Shown here in pieces: positions 37,994 to 47,711 of a stretch of 64,000 nucleotides of DNA. The stretch lies in assembly GCA_018093385.1 (NCBI GenBank), contig GCA_018093385.1_4808.1; one strand, 5' to 3'. Position numbers and translations under genes: made by a program. The notes beneath the pieces were generated by a model that made no database searches, was not told the origin of the DNA, and was given only the letters and a program-made list of their open reading frames with translations. The DNA is from a phage. Within the stretch, counting starts at the first letter, position 1. The number at the start of each line of letters is the position of its first letter.

Positions 37994-38217
37994 ACGGCTT
38001 CAACCTGGACGGGCGGCGCGGAACTTGTATCAATGTCTGGCAAGTCGAAGTAATACCCCGCCATGCCAATCACGCCAACAATCGCGGCCCGTGCCACCTT
38101 GTTGCTAATTGACTCCCCAATAAGCTTTACCAACAGGGACAAGATTTGAGACGTCAAAGCCTTTTTCAGCCTTTTGTTTTCTTCCAAATCTTTCTGCATA
38201 ACTACCACCCATGTCAA
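37987..38217 (-). CDS. Small hypothetical protein with short hydrophobic segment
   Basis: 76 aa. Confidence 0.4.
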   Translation of the reverse strand: MTWVVVMQKDLEENKRLKKALTSQILSLLVKLIGESISNKVARAAIVGVIGMAGYYFDLPDIDTSSAPPVQVEAVK

Positions 38218-38756
38218 CGCACATCCTGTGTCTTAACATTACCTGAAGCATCTCTTAAGGGCAGTGGATAGTAGGCCATTTGGTAGTCTGATACGCCTTC
38301 AACATGATAAAACACGATTACGTCTTTGCTGTTGATGAGCATGTTAACGACATCTGATTTATCTTCTGGAGTGAGTATGAGTGCGCCGCCTGTCCTGCTG
38401 TCTACTGCAACAGGGTATGTCTTGTCGACAAGGCCGCTGTCCAATGTATTATACCTGACAACGATTTCAGGGGCATCAACTTTTGCAATTGACATTCCGA
38501 ACACAAACGACACGACTTGGCGACCGCGATCATTCATTACGCACATCTTTTCCTTGTCAAACCTTTCCTTTATCACATCGTATTTGTTCCAGCAAAATTC
38601 GAACGATTGACCGTTGTTAAAATATCTCGTTAACACTTTGGCATTACTATTTGGCGGCGTAAACATACTTTCAGCCGCTGCACTTTTGGTGAAGAACAAA
38701 ACTGTCAGCATAGCCATGATGATGATCAAAACGATCTTTAAATTTTTCGATTTCAT
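38214..38756 (-). CDS. Secreted protein (signal peptide)
   Basis: Lys-rich start then hydrophobic core ending AAA; AAAGGTG SD. Confidence 0.5.
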   Translation of the reverse strand: MKSKNLKIVLIIIMAMLTVLFFTKSAAAESMFTPPNSNAKVLTRYFNNGQSFEFCWNKYDVIKERFDKEKMCVMNDRGRQVVSFVFGMSIAKVDAPEIVVRYNTLDSGLVDKTYPVAVDSRTGGALILTPEDKSDVVNMLINSKDVIVFYHVEGVSDYQMAYYPLPLRDASGNVKTQDVR

Positions 38757-38832
38757 TATAATTCACCTTTTGATTACGAATATTAATAGTATAGGCCGAA
38801 GGTTTTGAAAGTAAATAAGGCGAAAGGTAAAT

Positions 38833-38860
38833 AAAAGAAAAGCCGGAGATTTCCGGCTTT
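38833..38860 (-). terminator. Rho-independent terminator after ligase gene (GCCGGA-GATT-TCCGGC, U-run on minus strand)
   Basis: Stem plus A-run on plus strand. Confidence 0.65.
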
Positions 38861-38932
38861 ATGTATACACTGTATGTTAAATTCTATAAAACGACGCGAT
38901 AGATTATCCGCACCAATTATTTATCTAGTGTC

Positions 38933-39910
38933 TTAAAAATACTCCATATCGGTAATATCACGGAAGCATTTATACAAAGCAGAGCGCGGCACATCAACAA
39001 TGCCAAAGTTAAAGAATTTATACGTTAGATATTTATCGCGATAGTTCTCGCGATTCTCCCAAAGCATTTTTCTCTCTGCCATAGGCATTGAACCAGCGGA
39101 TACGCGGAAAGGAATCATCTCACCTTTTTCATCCACATATTTTGGATTGACGACTACGAATGAGCCAAGGTGTCCTTTCGCAACTAAACCTTCAGCCTCT
39201 TTTGAACGCTTGGTGCGACCCAATTCGTCAATGAATGCTTCGTTGTTGTTCTCCATCATCTCAACGAAGTCTATGATCAATCCTTCTTCATCGGTCCACG
39301 GCTTGTCCTTCCACACATCACGTGACTTCGGCGTCGCGCGGCCATGCTTGTATTTGCCCGTCCAAGACTTGCCATACAAGCCTTCATATCCAAGCTGGTC
39401 TGCTTCGATTTGCATCGCCGCGTACTGTTCCATATTTTCGATGTTTCGATATTCGAGAGCGCGAAGGAATGGGCGTCGACCATGGTTGATGAGATGTTGA
39501 TTAACTTCAGCAACTCTAGCTCGATAGTTTGCATAACGCTTTTCAAAAGGCAGATCAGGTTCGCTAAAGTCATCAAACACCCACCATGTAAAGTTAGTGA
39601 TTGCATCAGTGTTCATGCATGCAGTATAGGCCTGTTGCATGACGTTCTTGTCATTTGGATTGCCGTCGATTAGCTCTCCATCAAGTCCGTGAATTAATTC
39701 ACCCAAGAAGAGGAACTCTTTTTTGATTTGAATGTTGCGCAGCGCCATGCCGGACGTGCCCATTGGCAAGTTGTCATACGCCATTGCGCGTATGCCATCG
39801 ACCTTGAATGACAATCCGCAAGGCAGCGGCACGTCTTCGCCGCGCTCGATTATTTGCTTACGCTGGCAACCCTTCATTGGTTTTAATGCTTTGATTTCTC
39901 CTGCCATCAC
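38933..39910 (-). CDS. ATP-dependent DNA ligase
   Basis: Nucleotidyltransferase motif I KVDGIR; AAGGAG SD. Confidence 0.7.
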   Translation of the reverse strand: MMAGEIKALKPMKGCQRKQIIERGEDVPLPCGLSFKVDGIRAMAYDNLPMGTSGMALRNIQIKKEFLFLGELIHGLDGELIDGNPNDKNVMQQAYTACMNTDAITNFTWWVFDDFSEPDLPFEKRYANYRARVAEVNQHLINHGRRPFLRALEYRNIENMEQYAAMQIEADQLGYEGLYGKSWTGKYKHGRATPKSRDVWKDKPWTDEEGLIIDFVEMMENNNEAFIDELGRTKRSKEAEGLVAKGHLGSFVVVNPKYVDEKGEMIPFRVSAGSMPMAERKMLWENRENYRDKYLTYKFFNFGIVDVPRSALYKCFRDITDMEYF

Positions 39911-40500
39911 TCAAACTCCTTATTCATCACTTGTTCCAGCGCATAGGCGTAAGCCTGATCAGTCGATTTGATAAACGTGCCGTTGTACATGACGCCTTTG
40001 CGGTCTTTGATGTCTTCGTAGGCAGCTTGCGCACAGTCGGATAAGCGAAGGCCATAATCATGAGCTACGCCGGAAAGGTAATCGACTGCGGCCATGATGG
40101 TGACGTCAATATCCATGGTTTGATTCTTGGCAATAGCATCACCAAGTCGTCCAAGGGTCTTTGCCAGGCGAAGGATAAATGAATGAGGGTGAGCGCCTTT
40201 ATCAGCGCAACCGCCGCCATTAATGTTTTCGATTTCAGCACCGTTTTGCGCTGCCAGGATGGTCAACACGACAAGGCAATCGCCAATGTCGTCCTTAATT
40301 GCGGCTTGCAAGTCACAGATGGCCTGCTCTGTATATCCAATTTCGGGGTCGAAGAACACAAGGTCATGGAGTTGATCAACGTGGTCGGTCAACTCCCCAA
40401 ACTCGCTGATAAGCTTCGGGTATTGGTCCTTAAGGTCGCAACCTTGGATGATGTTACGGTCAGAAGCCCACTGGCGAATGTTTGCATAAATCTGGTTCAT
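39907..40500 (-). CDS. MazG-like nucleoside triphosphate pyrophosphohydrolase (putative)
   Basis: EFGELTDHV...DIGDCLVVLTILA and RLAKTLGRLGD segments resemble MazG helices. Confidence 0.45.
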   Translation of the reverse strand: MNQIYANIRQWASDRNIIQGCDLKDQYPKLISEFGELTDHVDQLHDLVFFDPEIGYTEQAICDLQAAIKDDIGDCLVVLTILAAQNGAEIENINGGGCADKGAHPHSFILRLAKTLGRLGDAIAKNQTMDIDVTIMAAVDYLSGVAHDYGLRLSDCAQAAYEDIKDRKGVMYNGTFIKSTDQAYAYALEQVMNKEFE

Positions 40501-41015
40501 TTATTTTCCTTTGATGCATTGAATTGATCGATTTTTATTTTAGCCTGATTATAAGTATCAATCAAGCTATTAACTTTCTCTTTTAATCGGCTTGTTTCTG
40601 CGGCGAACTGAACAAGAAATCTGACATCTCCTTCTGATAGTCCACAGTTTCCTTCTGGGATAGAGAGGCGTCCAGTGGTCGCAGAGTCGGGCATACTCCT
40701 GAGTAACTCACGGGAGCAGCTGAGTTGCGCGCGCAGCTTGATATTCCCAGACTTGTAACGAGCAATAGTGTCATCAGCAACCAGTTGCGCTTCCTGGCGA
40801 CCTTTCTCATATGCCGATGCCGATTCAACCTGTAAAGATGCAATTTGCTCTTCGAGTGCATTTATCTTGTCCTTACGCTCATTCAGCGATGTCAGATATT
40901 GGTTATCCTTGGCCAGTGATGCGTTGGTTTGCTGCAGGTCTTCAACGTATGATCCAGCGGCAAACGCGCCAACAAGGGCCAGAATCTTCAGGAGCGGTAC
41001 AATTCTTTCTATCAT
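40497..41015 (-). CDS. Rz: i-spanin (Rz-like)
   Basis: N-terminal TM, coiled-coil body, C-terminal resemblance to lambda Rz. Confidence 0.6.
   Translation of the reverse strand: MIERIVPLLKILALVGAFAAGSYVEDLQQTNASLAKDNQYLTSLNERKDKINALEEQIASLQVESASAYEKGRQEAQLVADDTIARYKSGNIKLRAQLSCSRELLRSMPDSATTGRLSIPEGNCGLSEGDVRFLVQFAAETSRLKEKVNSLIDTYNQAKIKIDQFNASKENK
40583..40861 (-). CDS. Rz1: o-spanin (Rz1-like lipoprotein) embedded in +1 frame inside Rz; start uncertain (40861, 40810 or 40774)
   Basis: Basic n-region, hydrophobic LLMTLLLVTSLGI, lipobox-like ISSC, Pro-containing mature part with second Cys. Confidence 0.5.
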   Translation of the reverse strand: MHSKSKLHLYRLNRHRHMRKVARKRNWLLMTLLLVTSLGISSCARNSAAPVSYSGVCPTLRPLDASLSQKETVDYQKEMSDFLFSSPQKQAD

Positions 41016-41024
41016 GATGCACCA

Positions 41025-41056
41025 GATAAATAAAAGGCCGCCAATCGGCAGCCTTG
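41025..41056 (-). terminator. Rho-independent terminator (imperfect GC stem plus U-run on minus strand)
   Basis: AAGGCTGCC-loop-GGCGGCCTT then TTTATTTAT on minus strand. Confidence 0.5.
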
Positions 41057-41072
41057 TTGATTTGATTGTCGA

Positions 41073-41933
41073 TTAAAACTCTTCTGCGTCGGCAGGAGTT
41101 TCATTGACAGGACCAGCGGCACCGCTTGCTTCTTCCTGCTTGCTGCGGTCGATGTTAACGTTGCCGCCCACTACGTCATTGTGGAATGCCTTGGCGACTT
41201 CGTACAGACCTTTGTCCTGCACCAGACCTTCCAGCTCAAACTTCAGAACGGACCAGGTGTTGCCGTCTTTGGACTGGGATGCAGTACCCATGCGAACGAT
41301 GTTCATAAAGGTCGGCGGCGTTTTCAAACCTTGCGGAGTTTGAACTTTCTTCTGCTGCAGCGCGGTCATCAGCATACGAGACGGCTTGATCATCGAAGAA
41401 GTCAAAGACAGCATGGCGCTGCCAAATTCACCCGTTTCTTCGTTCAACAGAATCACGAAGTGGTTACGTGTATCTGCATAGTAAGGAGATTTCTTCTCGT
41501 GCACTTTGCCGTTTTCGTCCGGCACAAATACCTTACCGTTGATCTCAACAGCGCGGCCTGCCGCGACTTCTGCATCAACGTGCTCTTTGGTGAATTCACC
41601 TTTAAAGCCTTTGTCGTCGGACTCGCGACCGCCCCAAAGAATGAAGGTACGTTTGAATGCGCAAGGGATGATCTGCACGCCTTTCTTACCGTCATACAAC
41701 TCACCAGTAACGGTGTTGTAAAGCATGCCAGCTTTTGCGCCAGGAACGTGTTTTGGATCATCTTCGTCGACCATAGGAGACATCTTCTGCAGTACGACGA
41801 TAAAAGGAATGGCATATGCATCGGCATCGGCACCTTCAAAACCAGCGCCAAAATCGGTCATGTCGACAAAATCAGCCATAGCGGACATCTGGGTGTTTTT
41901 CACTGCAACTTCGGTAGTTTCTTTCTTAGACAT
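41073..41933 (-). CDS. Putative ssDNA-binding/recombination protein with acidic C-terminal tail
   Basis: C-terminus ETPADAEEF (acidic, terminal Phe, as in SSB and T7 gp2.5 tails); replication-module context. Confidence 0.35.
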   Translation of the reverse strand: MSKKETTEVAVKNTQMSAMADFVDMTDFGAGFEGADADAYAIPFIVVLQKMSPMVDEDDPKHVPGAKAGMLYNTVTGELYDGKKGVQIIPCAFKRTFILWGGRESDDKGFKGEFTKEHVDAEVAAGRAVEINGKVFVPDENGKVHEKKSPYYADTRNHFVILLNEETGEFGSAMLSLTSSMIKPSRMLMTALQQKKVQTPQGLKTPPTFMNIVRMGTASQSKDGNTWSVLKFELEGLVQDKGLYEVAKAFHNDVVGGNVNIDRSKQEEASGAAGPVNETPADAEEF

Positions 41934-41992
41934 TTGATATTTTCCTATAGTATCAAGTTTCGTGGCAACCTGATTTCAAGATAAAGGTTAAA

Positions 41993-42550
41993 TTACTTTT
42001 TGCTTTTAGGCAAGGTTATTTTAGCTTCTTTGTATTCAAAAACGCTAATATCTTCACTAACTGGATTGCCTGCTTCCAGCTGTTCTTTTACAAATGACTT
42101 CAGTGTAGCAGAATGAACGCCTTGTTTCAATGTGGCTTCAACACCATCTTCACGCAGCGCGGCAACAATCTCTTGCGCCTGTTCGATTTCTTCGCGACCG
42201 AACTCAGCCGTGACGCTGGACTTGATCAGGCCGCCGTAACCGTTGTTGACAAGCCAATCGAAAACTTTTAATTCGTTTTCTTTCTTGATCGAAGCATTCA
42301 CCTTGGACTCGACCTTGATTTTGGTCTTGTCCTCAAGCTTGATCTCAGACACGCCAAGCTCATCCATAACGCCAGGAAGCAGAACAGTTTTGATTTCACT
42401 GATTCGCTGCTTTTGCATATCAGCTTCATCTTCAAGCTCTGTCAAAGCTTCTTGGCGTTCTGCCAGTTCAGATACTAAGCGCGCAAGGCGCTCTTGAATG
42501 CTCTCAGGAGCGACCTGCGGCAAATCATCTTCCCAATTAATATTGCTCAT
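41993..42550 (-). CDS. Hypothetical coiled-coil protein
   Basis: 185 aa, GAAGG SD. Confidence 0.45.
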   Translation of the reverse strand: MSNINWEDDLPQVAPESIQERLARLVSELAERQEALTELEDEADMQKQRISEIKTVLLPGVMDELGVSEIKLEDKTKIKVESKVNASIKKENELKVFDWLVNNGYGGLIKSSVTAEFGREEIEQAQEIVAALREDGVEATLKQGVHSATLKSFVKEQLEAGNPVSEDISVFEYKEAKITLPKSKK

Positions 42551-42810
42551 ATTTTACCTTCTTGCATTAGCCCTTCAACACGGGTCATTTGATAACGTTC
42601 AGGTTTCCAAGCCGCCAAAGCCTTCTCAGCGCCTTTCAAGGTTTTATATGCCTTGATGCCAGGCATAATAACGGTATTCACCCCAGCACCGTTGCCATAA
42701 TCAAACTCTTTAACAACGCGGAACATCCCGTCAATTTCTTTGACCAAAAGACGTTTGAAAGCGATTGCGCCAGTAGCTTCATTTTTGTAACGTTCAAGGA
42801 TGCGTACCAT
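42547..42810 (-). CDS. Hypothetical protein
   Basis: 87 aa, GAGGA SD. Confidence 0.45.
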   Translation of the reverse strand: MVRILERYKNEATGAIAFKRLLVKEIDGMFRVVKEFDYGNGAGVNTVIMPGIKAYKTLKGAEKALAAWKPERYQMTRVEGLMQEGKI

Positions 42811-42842
42811 TTTGTATTCCTCTGTTTCGTTTCGATGAAGTA

Positions 42843-42871
42843 ATTATGACTCATCTTCCGTGACAAGTCAA
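42843..42871 (-). promoter_or_regulatory. Promoter TTGACT-N17-CATAAT; shares about 30 bp with the promoter at 49676-49704
   Basis: ttcgtttcgatga(a/g)gtaa(t/a)tat(g/a)actcatc present at both sites. Confidence 0.45.
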
Positions 42872-42884
42872 ATTATTTTTGATA

Positions 42885-44408
42885 TTAATTCATCTTTTTG
42901 CCGTCGAGGATGTGATCAGCAAGCATAGATTTCATGCTCAGTGAACGCTGAATTTCTTCGTCGATGGTATCAACACCAATAAAATCAACATACAGCACGC
43001 TTGATTTGGTGCCGATGCGGTGATTTCGGTCTTCGGATTGTTTGCGCAACTCGTTGTCATAGTTGCAAGAATAATAGATTGCCAAGTCGGCGGCGGTAAG
43101 CGTGATTCCGATGCCTGCCGCTGCAGCGTGACAAACCAAGACTTGCGTTCCACCGTTCTCGACTGTGTTTTTCTGGAAGTCATCAATCAAGAACTCGCGC
43201 TGCTCTTTTGATGTTTCACCGTTGTACACACCAGTGACCACGCCTTCAGACTCAAGCCAATCCTTAATCTGGTTCATCTCTTCCTTAAAGATGGCCCACA
43301 CAATGAATTTGCGCTCTGGGTCGTCTTCCAGCACCCCTTCCACATAGTCCTTAAAGGCCGTGAATCGTGGGTTGTCTTCCATGTAGACCATCTCATCATA
43401 CACCTTAACAAAGCCTGATGTCACCTGCTTCATCTTAGTGCGAGATGCGATCATCTCAAACTTAACGTTTTCTTCTTCGCCTTTGTACTCCATCAGATAG
43501 TTGTACTCATTCTTGAGTTCATCGTAAACATCGCGTTGTTTAGGCGACAACTCGAAGTCAATAAACTTGTACACCTTCTCTGGAAGGTCCGGCAAGTATT
43601 CCGCTTTTGTCGCACGAAAATAGTGCGGTTCCATCAGCCGGATAAGCTTGTCAAGGTTCTTGTACATCGGTCGGCCAAACTGGTCTTTGCGCGGCACTTG
43701 CGGAATCCCATAGCCATTGCCGCCGATTTTCTTGAGAATGGCCTGCATCTCTGGGTCGTGCGCTTCAAGTAGCACTGTGAATTCAGAGTTGAATGCACGG
43801 AACGATTTGGTGCCAAGCAAGCCAGCTTCAAGGAAGTGGTATTGCATGTAAATATCAGCAGGCGAGCGTGGCAGCGGCGTACCAGAAAGGATTCGACGGG
43901 CCTTTGCCAGCCGTCCCAATTCCACAACCTTGATGGAGCGTTTGGCTGTGTTATTTTTGATACGCGTCGATTCATCAATGATCATCAAACAGCGGTATTT
44001 CTTCAAGACCGACTCAATGTGTTGATAACCGACTGGTGTGTTGACGGTGTCAATGTTGAATGAGAAGATGCGCGCAGGCACTTCGCCTTCAGGGTAGTGA
44101 TCAGCAAACATCTTCTCCCAAAGCGCCTTGCCCTTTTTAGTCTTCATCTTGTCATTGCCGCGCCAGTAATGACCAATCCATTTAATGGAAAGGTGCTCTG
44201 GTGCTTCACGACGAATCCAGTTTGAGTGTACACCGTTAGGAGCGATTACAACCATGGCATCAAACGCGCCAGCAGTGAAATGCTTTTCAAACTCTGCCAA
44301 AGCAGTCCAGGTTTTGCCAAGACCCTGTTCCATGAAATAGGCAAAGTATTTTCTGCGGCCTGCTTTATCAAGCGCCAATAATTGGTGGCGCATTCCTTGT
44401 GTTTTCAT
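42885..44408 (-). CDS. SNF2-family helicase
   Basis: GLGKT Walker A, DEST Walker B-like, helicase C-region. Confidence 0.8.
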   Translation of the reverse strand: MKTQGMRHQLLALDKAGRRKYFAYFMEQGLGKTWTALAEFEKHFTAGAFDAMVVIAPNGVHSNWIRREAPEHLSIKWIGHYWRGNDKMKTKKGKALWEKMFADHYPEGEVPARIFSFNIDTVNTPVGYQHIESVLKKYRCLMIIDESTRIKNNTAKRSIKVVELGRLAKARRILSGTPLPRSPADIYMQYHFLEAGLLGTKSFRAFNSEFTVLLEAHDPEMQAILKKIGGNGYGIPQVPRKDQFGRPMYKNLDKLIRLMEPHYFRATKAEYLPDLPEKVYKFIDFELSPKQRDVYDELKNEYNYLMEYKGEEENVKFEMIASRTKMKQVTSGFVKVYDEMVYMEDNPRFTAFKDYVEGVLEDDPERKFIVWAIFKEEMNQIKDWLESEGVVTGVYNGETSKEQREFLIDDFQKNTVENGGTQVLVCHAAAAGIGITLTAADLAIYYSCNYDNELRKQSEDRNHRIGTKSSVLYVDFIGVDTIDEEIQRSLSMKSMLADHILDGKKMN

Positions 44409-44827
44409 TACAATTCCTCTAAATACTTGATGATGTGATGAATAGTTCCCTTCACGATTATCTCACGTTGAACGTCTGCAGTATTATAACGCTTTAATTC
44501 AATAGAAGGGTGGACTAAATAAAACATCTTCTCAGAATCAACCTTAAGCAGAACAAATGATGGGTATTTCCAATCATTCCACGAAGAAAGAAAGCTGCAT
44601 TGGCCTTTCTCAAATGCATTTCTGAAAGGTGCAGTGGTGGCCCTTGCAGGCCACGATTCAAAGAACTTCATTTCAAGCCAAAAGCCGCGCCCTTTCCGGT
44701 TGGTGCCGATTACGTCCGGCACGCCATCGCCCGTCATTGACTCGATTCGTTGAAGCTTCAATACCGATTCTGAATGCTTCTTCAAAGGCACGAATATGTA
44801 TTTCTGCTCACGGTTATTTGTTGCCAT
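44408..44827 (-). CDS. VRR-NUC domain nuclease
   Basis: GVPD...LEMK PD-(D/E)xK-type motif; adjacent to SNF2 helicase. Confidence 0.6.
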   Translation of the reverse strand: MATNNREQKYIFVPLKKHSESVLKLQRIESMTGDGVPDVIGTNRKGRGFWLEMKFFESWPARATTAPFRNAFEKGQCSFLSSWNDWKYPSFVLLKVDSEKMFYLVHPSIELKRYNTADVQREIIVKGTIHHIIKYLEEL

Positions 44828-47711
44828 CTGGATACACCTGTTTGATCACGTCAACGATGAACATATCAATGCCTTCAAGCTTGCGACCTTTCATCAGGAA
44901 GAATGCGCCGTTCCCGACGTTTTCAGCGATGTACTTCCCGTACTTCTGGAACTTCTCTGGACGAATCCTGAAGCGCATTGGCGAGTCGGTCGAGTCGTCT
45001 TTGCACATAAGGTCGATGAACTGAGTCTCAAGCTTGTTCCCGTACTGGTCAAACTCTGCGTAGCGGCCATCAGCTTGAAGACCCTTTTTAAGCTTGCCGT
45101 GCTTTGTATAGATGCCGCGCTCAAGTCGTTTACGGATGCGTGTTGCTTCGTTCTCGTCCGCAAGCACTTTCTTTGTCAACTTGCCGATTACTATTGCGCG
45201 CTCGTCATCACCGACTTCCTTCATCTGGCGTATTGAAGCGCCGGACGTCACACCAATCAGATACGGGTCATTATACGCCCAGCCGAACTTTGTGTGCATC
45301 TCTGTAAGGTCGCCGTATTTTACTTCAGCATTGGCCAATGCGTCCTTTTGCTTCTGCGTTAAGGTTCCGGCTTCACGCGCTTCGATATACTTCATCGCTT
45401 TCACCATGCCGTACCCTTTCGCATTCATGATGCCGCCGATTAGCTTTCCGTTCGCGATGGTCCAGTTCATTGAAGAGTGATCAGGGTCGATTGGCACATA
45501 ATCCACACCTTCCTTCGCAAGTTCACGTAATATCGCAATCGTCTGGTCTTCGTCCTTAGCAGCGCGTAAGCAGGCTGCGGCAAATTCCAACGGGTAGTGT
45601 CGCTTAAGCCACAAGGTCCAGTAGGTCACGACCGCGTATGACACGGAGTGTGACTTGTTAAAGCCCCATGACCCGAACGTGGCCATCGCTTGCCAAAGCT
45701 TTCTTGCATCCGCTTCCGGTACGCCGTTATTGATTGCGCCTGCAACAAAGTCCTCGCCAAGCTTGTTAAAGTATTCTTCACCCTTACGGCCTGACATCGC
45801 CTTACGCACAGCTGACGTTTTCGCCCAGTCAAATGAACCAATCTCTTTAACCACGGCCATGATTTGCTCTTGGTAAAGAAACACGCCGTAAGTCTCTTTC
45901 AAGTACGGCTCAAGCTGCGGCACGTCGTACTCAATCGGCGCACGTCCTGCCGCGCGTTCAATGTATTTCTGGGCCATACCGGATGACAACGGGCCAGGTC
46001 GACCCAAAGCTGTCAGGTTGTCGATTTTGTTAAAGTTGTCGACGTGCACAAAGTTTGTTACTGAGCGTACAGCATCACCTTCAAACTGGAAGATGCCTGA
46101 CATCTTGTTTTCGTTAAGAATGTCAAGGACGCTTTGATCATCAAGTTTGATTCCGTAGAGCGTTTCAGCATCAATAACGCCTGTATCAGAAATAATGCCG
46201 AGAGTACGAAGGCCCAGCGCATCAAGCTTCAAAAGGTTGAGGTATTCACTGTCAGGCTTATCGATTTGCGCAATCCCTTCTGCAGTTACAGTACAGTAAT
46301 CAGAGATTGGGTCATTACACACAATGATGCCCGCTGCGTGAACACCTGTGTGAGACGGGTGAATCTCAAGGTCACCCATGCAACGCGCGGCGTCAGGATA
46401 TTTCGCCACGAACTCTTGGCCCGTGGTCGTTGTTGCAAAGGTATCCTCCAGGCCGTGACCATAACGGGCGTCACCGGATGAGTATTCAAGCAATGCGTTT
46501 TTAATGTTGGCCGTTTCGTGGTATCCAATGTTGAACTTCTTACCAACCTGCGCCATTACTGAGTTGGCCTTAAGAGTGTTGATGTTGCCAAGCTTCGCAA
46601 CGTTCATTTCGCCGTATTTCTCTTTAAGATAATCAAACACCATATAGCGTTTGGTATCTTCAAAGTCGATGTCGATGTCAGGAAGGTCGGCGCGGCTTAC
46701 GTCGATGAATCGGGCAAACAGCAGCTTATACGGGATTGGGTCCACTTCCGTGATGCCGAGGCAATAGCAAACAAGTGAACCGGCCGATGAGCCGCGAGCA
46801 GGACCGACGAGCATTTTTGTTTTTGCGAATCGTACAAGGTCCGCTACTACCAGAAAGTATGAGTCGAAATCTTTCAGCTGAATCTGGTGAATTTCTTCGT
46901 TGAAGCGGTCCTCGTATTCCTGAGTCCATTCTTTGATGTGACCTGCTTTTAGACGGTACTCCATGCCCTCGCGAGCAAGCTTTACCATGTCACCAGCAAG
47001 TTGAATAATCGGTGCCTTACGCAATTTCAGGTCAAGTCCGACTATGCCGTTTGCTATGTCAACAGCATTGGCCGTTGCCTGATTGAGCTCGTCTTCAGTC
47101 AAGATGCCTTTAAGCTGTTTGCGCAAGTCTTCCGAGTCAACGATGCAGTGCGGCTTGACCGTGTCGCGCACTTCCCAAGCATAAGCGAAGTCAACGTGCT
47201 CAGGAGAAGGCATGTGATTGTATCCGGTTAAAACCAGCGGCCTTCCGTTGCTGCGGTGAGCCAACACCTGGCGCTTAGCCAAAAGGAACGACGATGGGTT
47301 GACGTCTATATAGTCGTAGTCCTCTGGCCGCAGCAGCTCCACGGCACCGCCACAGAATTTAACGACGCCATCAAGCGCACCGAACTCTGCACGGGTAAGC
47401 CCACCGCGCTGCGTTGAAAGTGTTGTAGCGTTGTAAAAAGATTTTAAGTCAAGGGCCAATATCCAAGCCTTCGGTTTGAATCCCTTTTTAGGGTCCGCAT
47501 CAGGGTCGATGATTGGAATCTCCATTCCAAACATAGGCTTAATATCATTTTTCTGGCATTCCTTTTCCCAGCGAACGTGACCCCATGTGTTGTTATCAAC
47601 TAATGCCGCGACTTCGCAGCCCAACTCTTTGAGCCGTGCTATAATTTCAGGATGCCGTCCATAAACTTCTTTGAACGTGTAACCGCTGCGAACTCTCAAT
47701 TGTGGAAACAT
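44814..47711 (-). CDS. dnaE: DNA polymerase III alpha subunit-like replicative polymerase (DnaE-like, PHP domain)
   Basis: 965 aa; PHP-like N-terminus, DIDIDFED segment, polymerase core. Confidence 0.75.
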   Translation of the reverse strand: MFPQLRVRSGYTFKEVYGRHPEIIARLKELGCEVAALVDNNTWGHVRWEKECQKNDIKPMFGMEIPIIDPDADPKKGFKPKAWILALDLKSFYNATTLSTQRGGLTRAEFGALDGVVKFCGGAVELLRPEDYDYIDVNPSSFLLAKRQVLAHRSNGRPLVLTGYNHMPSPEHVDFAYAWEVRDTVKPHCIVDSEDLRKQLKGILTEDELNQATANAVDIANGIVGLDLKLRKAPIIQLAGDMVKLAREGMEYRLKAGHIKEWTQEYEDRFNEEIHQIQLKDFDSYFLVVADLVRFAKTKMLVGPARGSSAGSLVCYCLGITEVDPIPYKLLFARFIDVSRADLPDIDIDFEDTKRYMVFDYLKEKYGEMNVAKLGNINTLKANSVMAQVGKKFNIGYHETANIKNALLEYSSGDARYGHGLEDTFATTTTGQEFVAKYPDAARCMGDLEIHPSHTGVHAAGIIVCNDPISDYCTVTAEGIAQIDKPDSEYLNLLKLDALGLRTLGIISDTGVIDAETLYGIKLDDQSVLDILNENKMSGIFQFEGDAVRSVTNFVHVDNFNKIDNLTALGRPGPLSSGMAQKYIERAAGRAPIEYDVPQLEPYLKETYGVFLYQEQIMAVVKEIGSFDWAKTSAVRKAMSGRKGEEYFNKLGEDFVAGAINNGVPEADARKLWQAMATFGSWGFNKSHSVSYAVVTYWTLWLKRHYPLEFAAACLRAAKDEDQTIAILRELAKEGVDYVPIDPDHSSMNWTIANGKLIGGIMNAKGYGMVKAMKYIEAREAGTLTQKQKDALANAEVKYGDLTEMHTKFGWAYNDPYLIGVTSGASIRQMKEVGDDERAIVIGKLTKKVLADENEATRIRKRLERGIYTKHGKLKKGLQADGRYAEFDQYGNKLETQFIDLMCKDDSTDSPMRFRIRPEKFQKYGKYIAENVGNGAFFLMKGRKLEGIDMFIVDVIKQVYPDGNK

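Noticed and set aside
41181-41984. 267-aa plus-strand ORF antisense to gene 41073-41933
   Set aside because: No ribosome-binding site, His/Cys-rich low-complexity translation, and it overlaps a well-supported minus-strand gene
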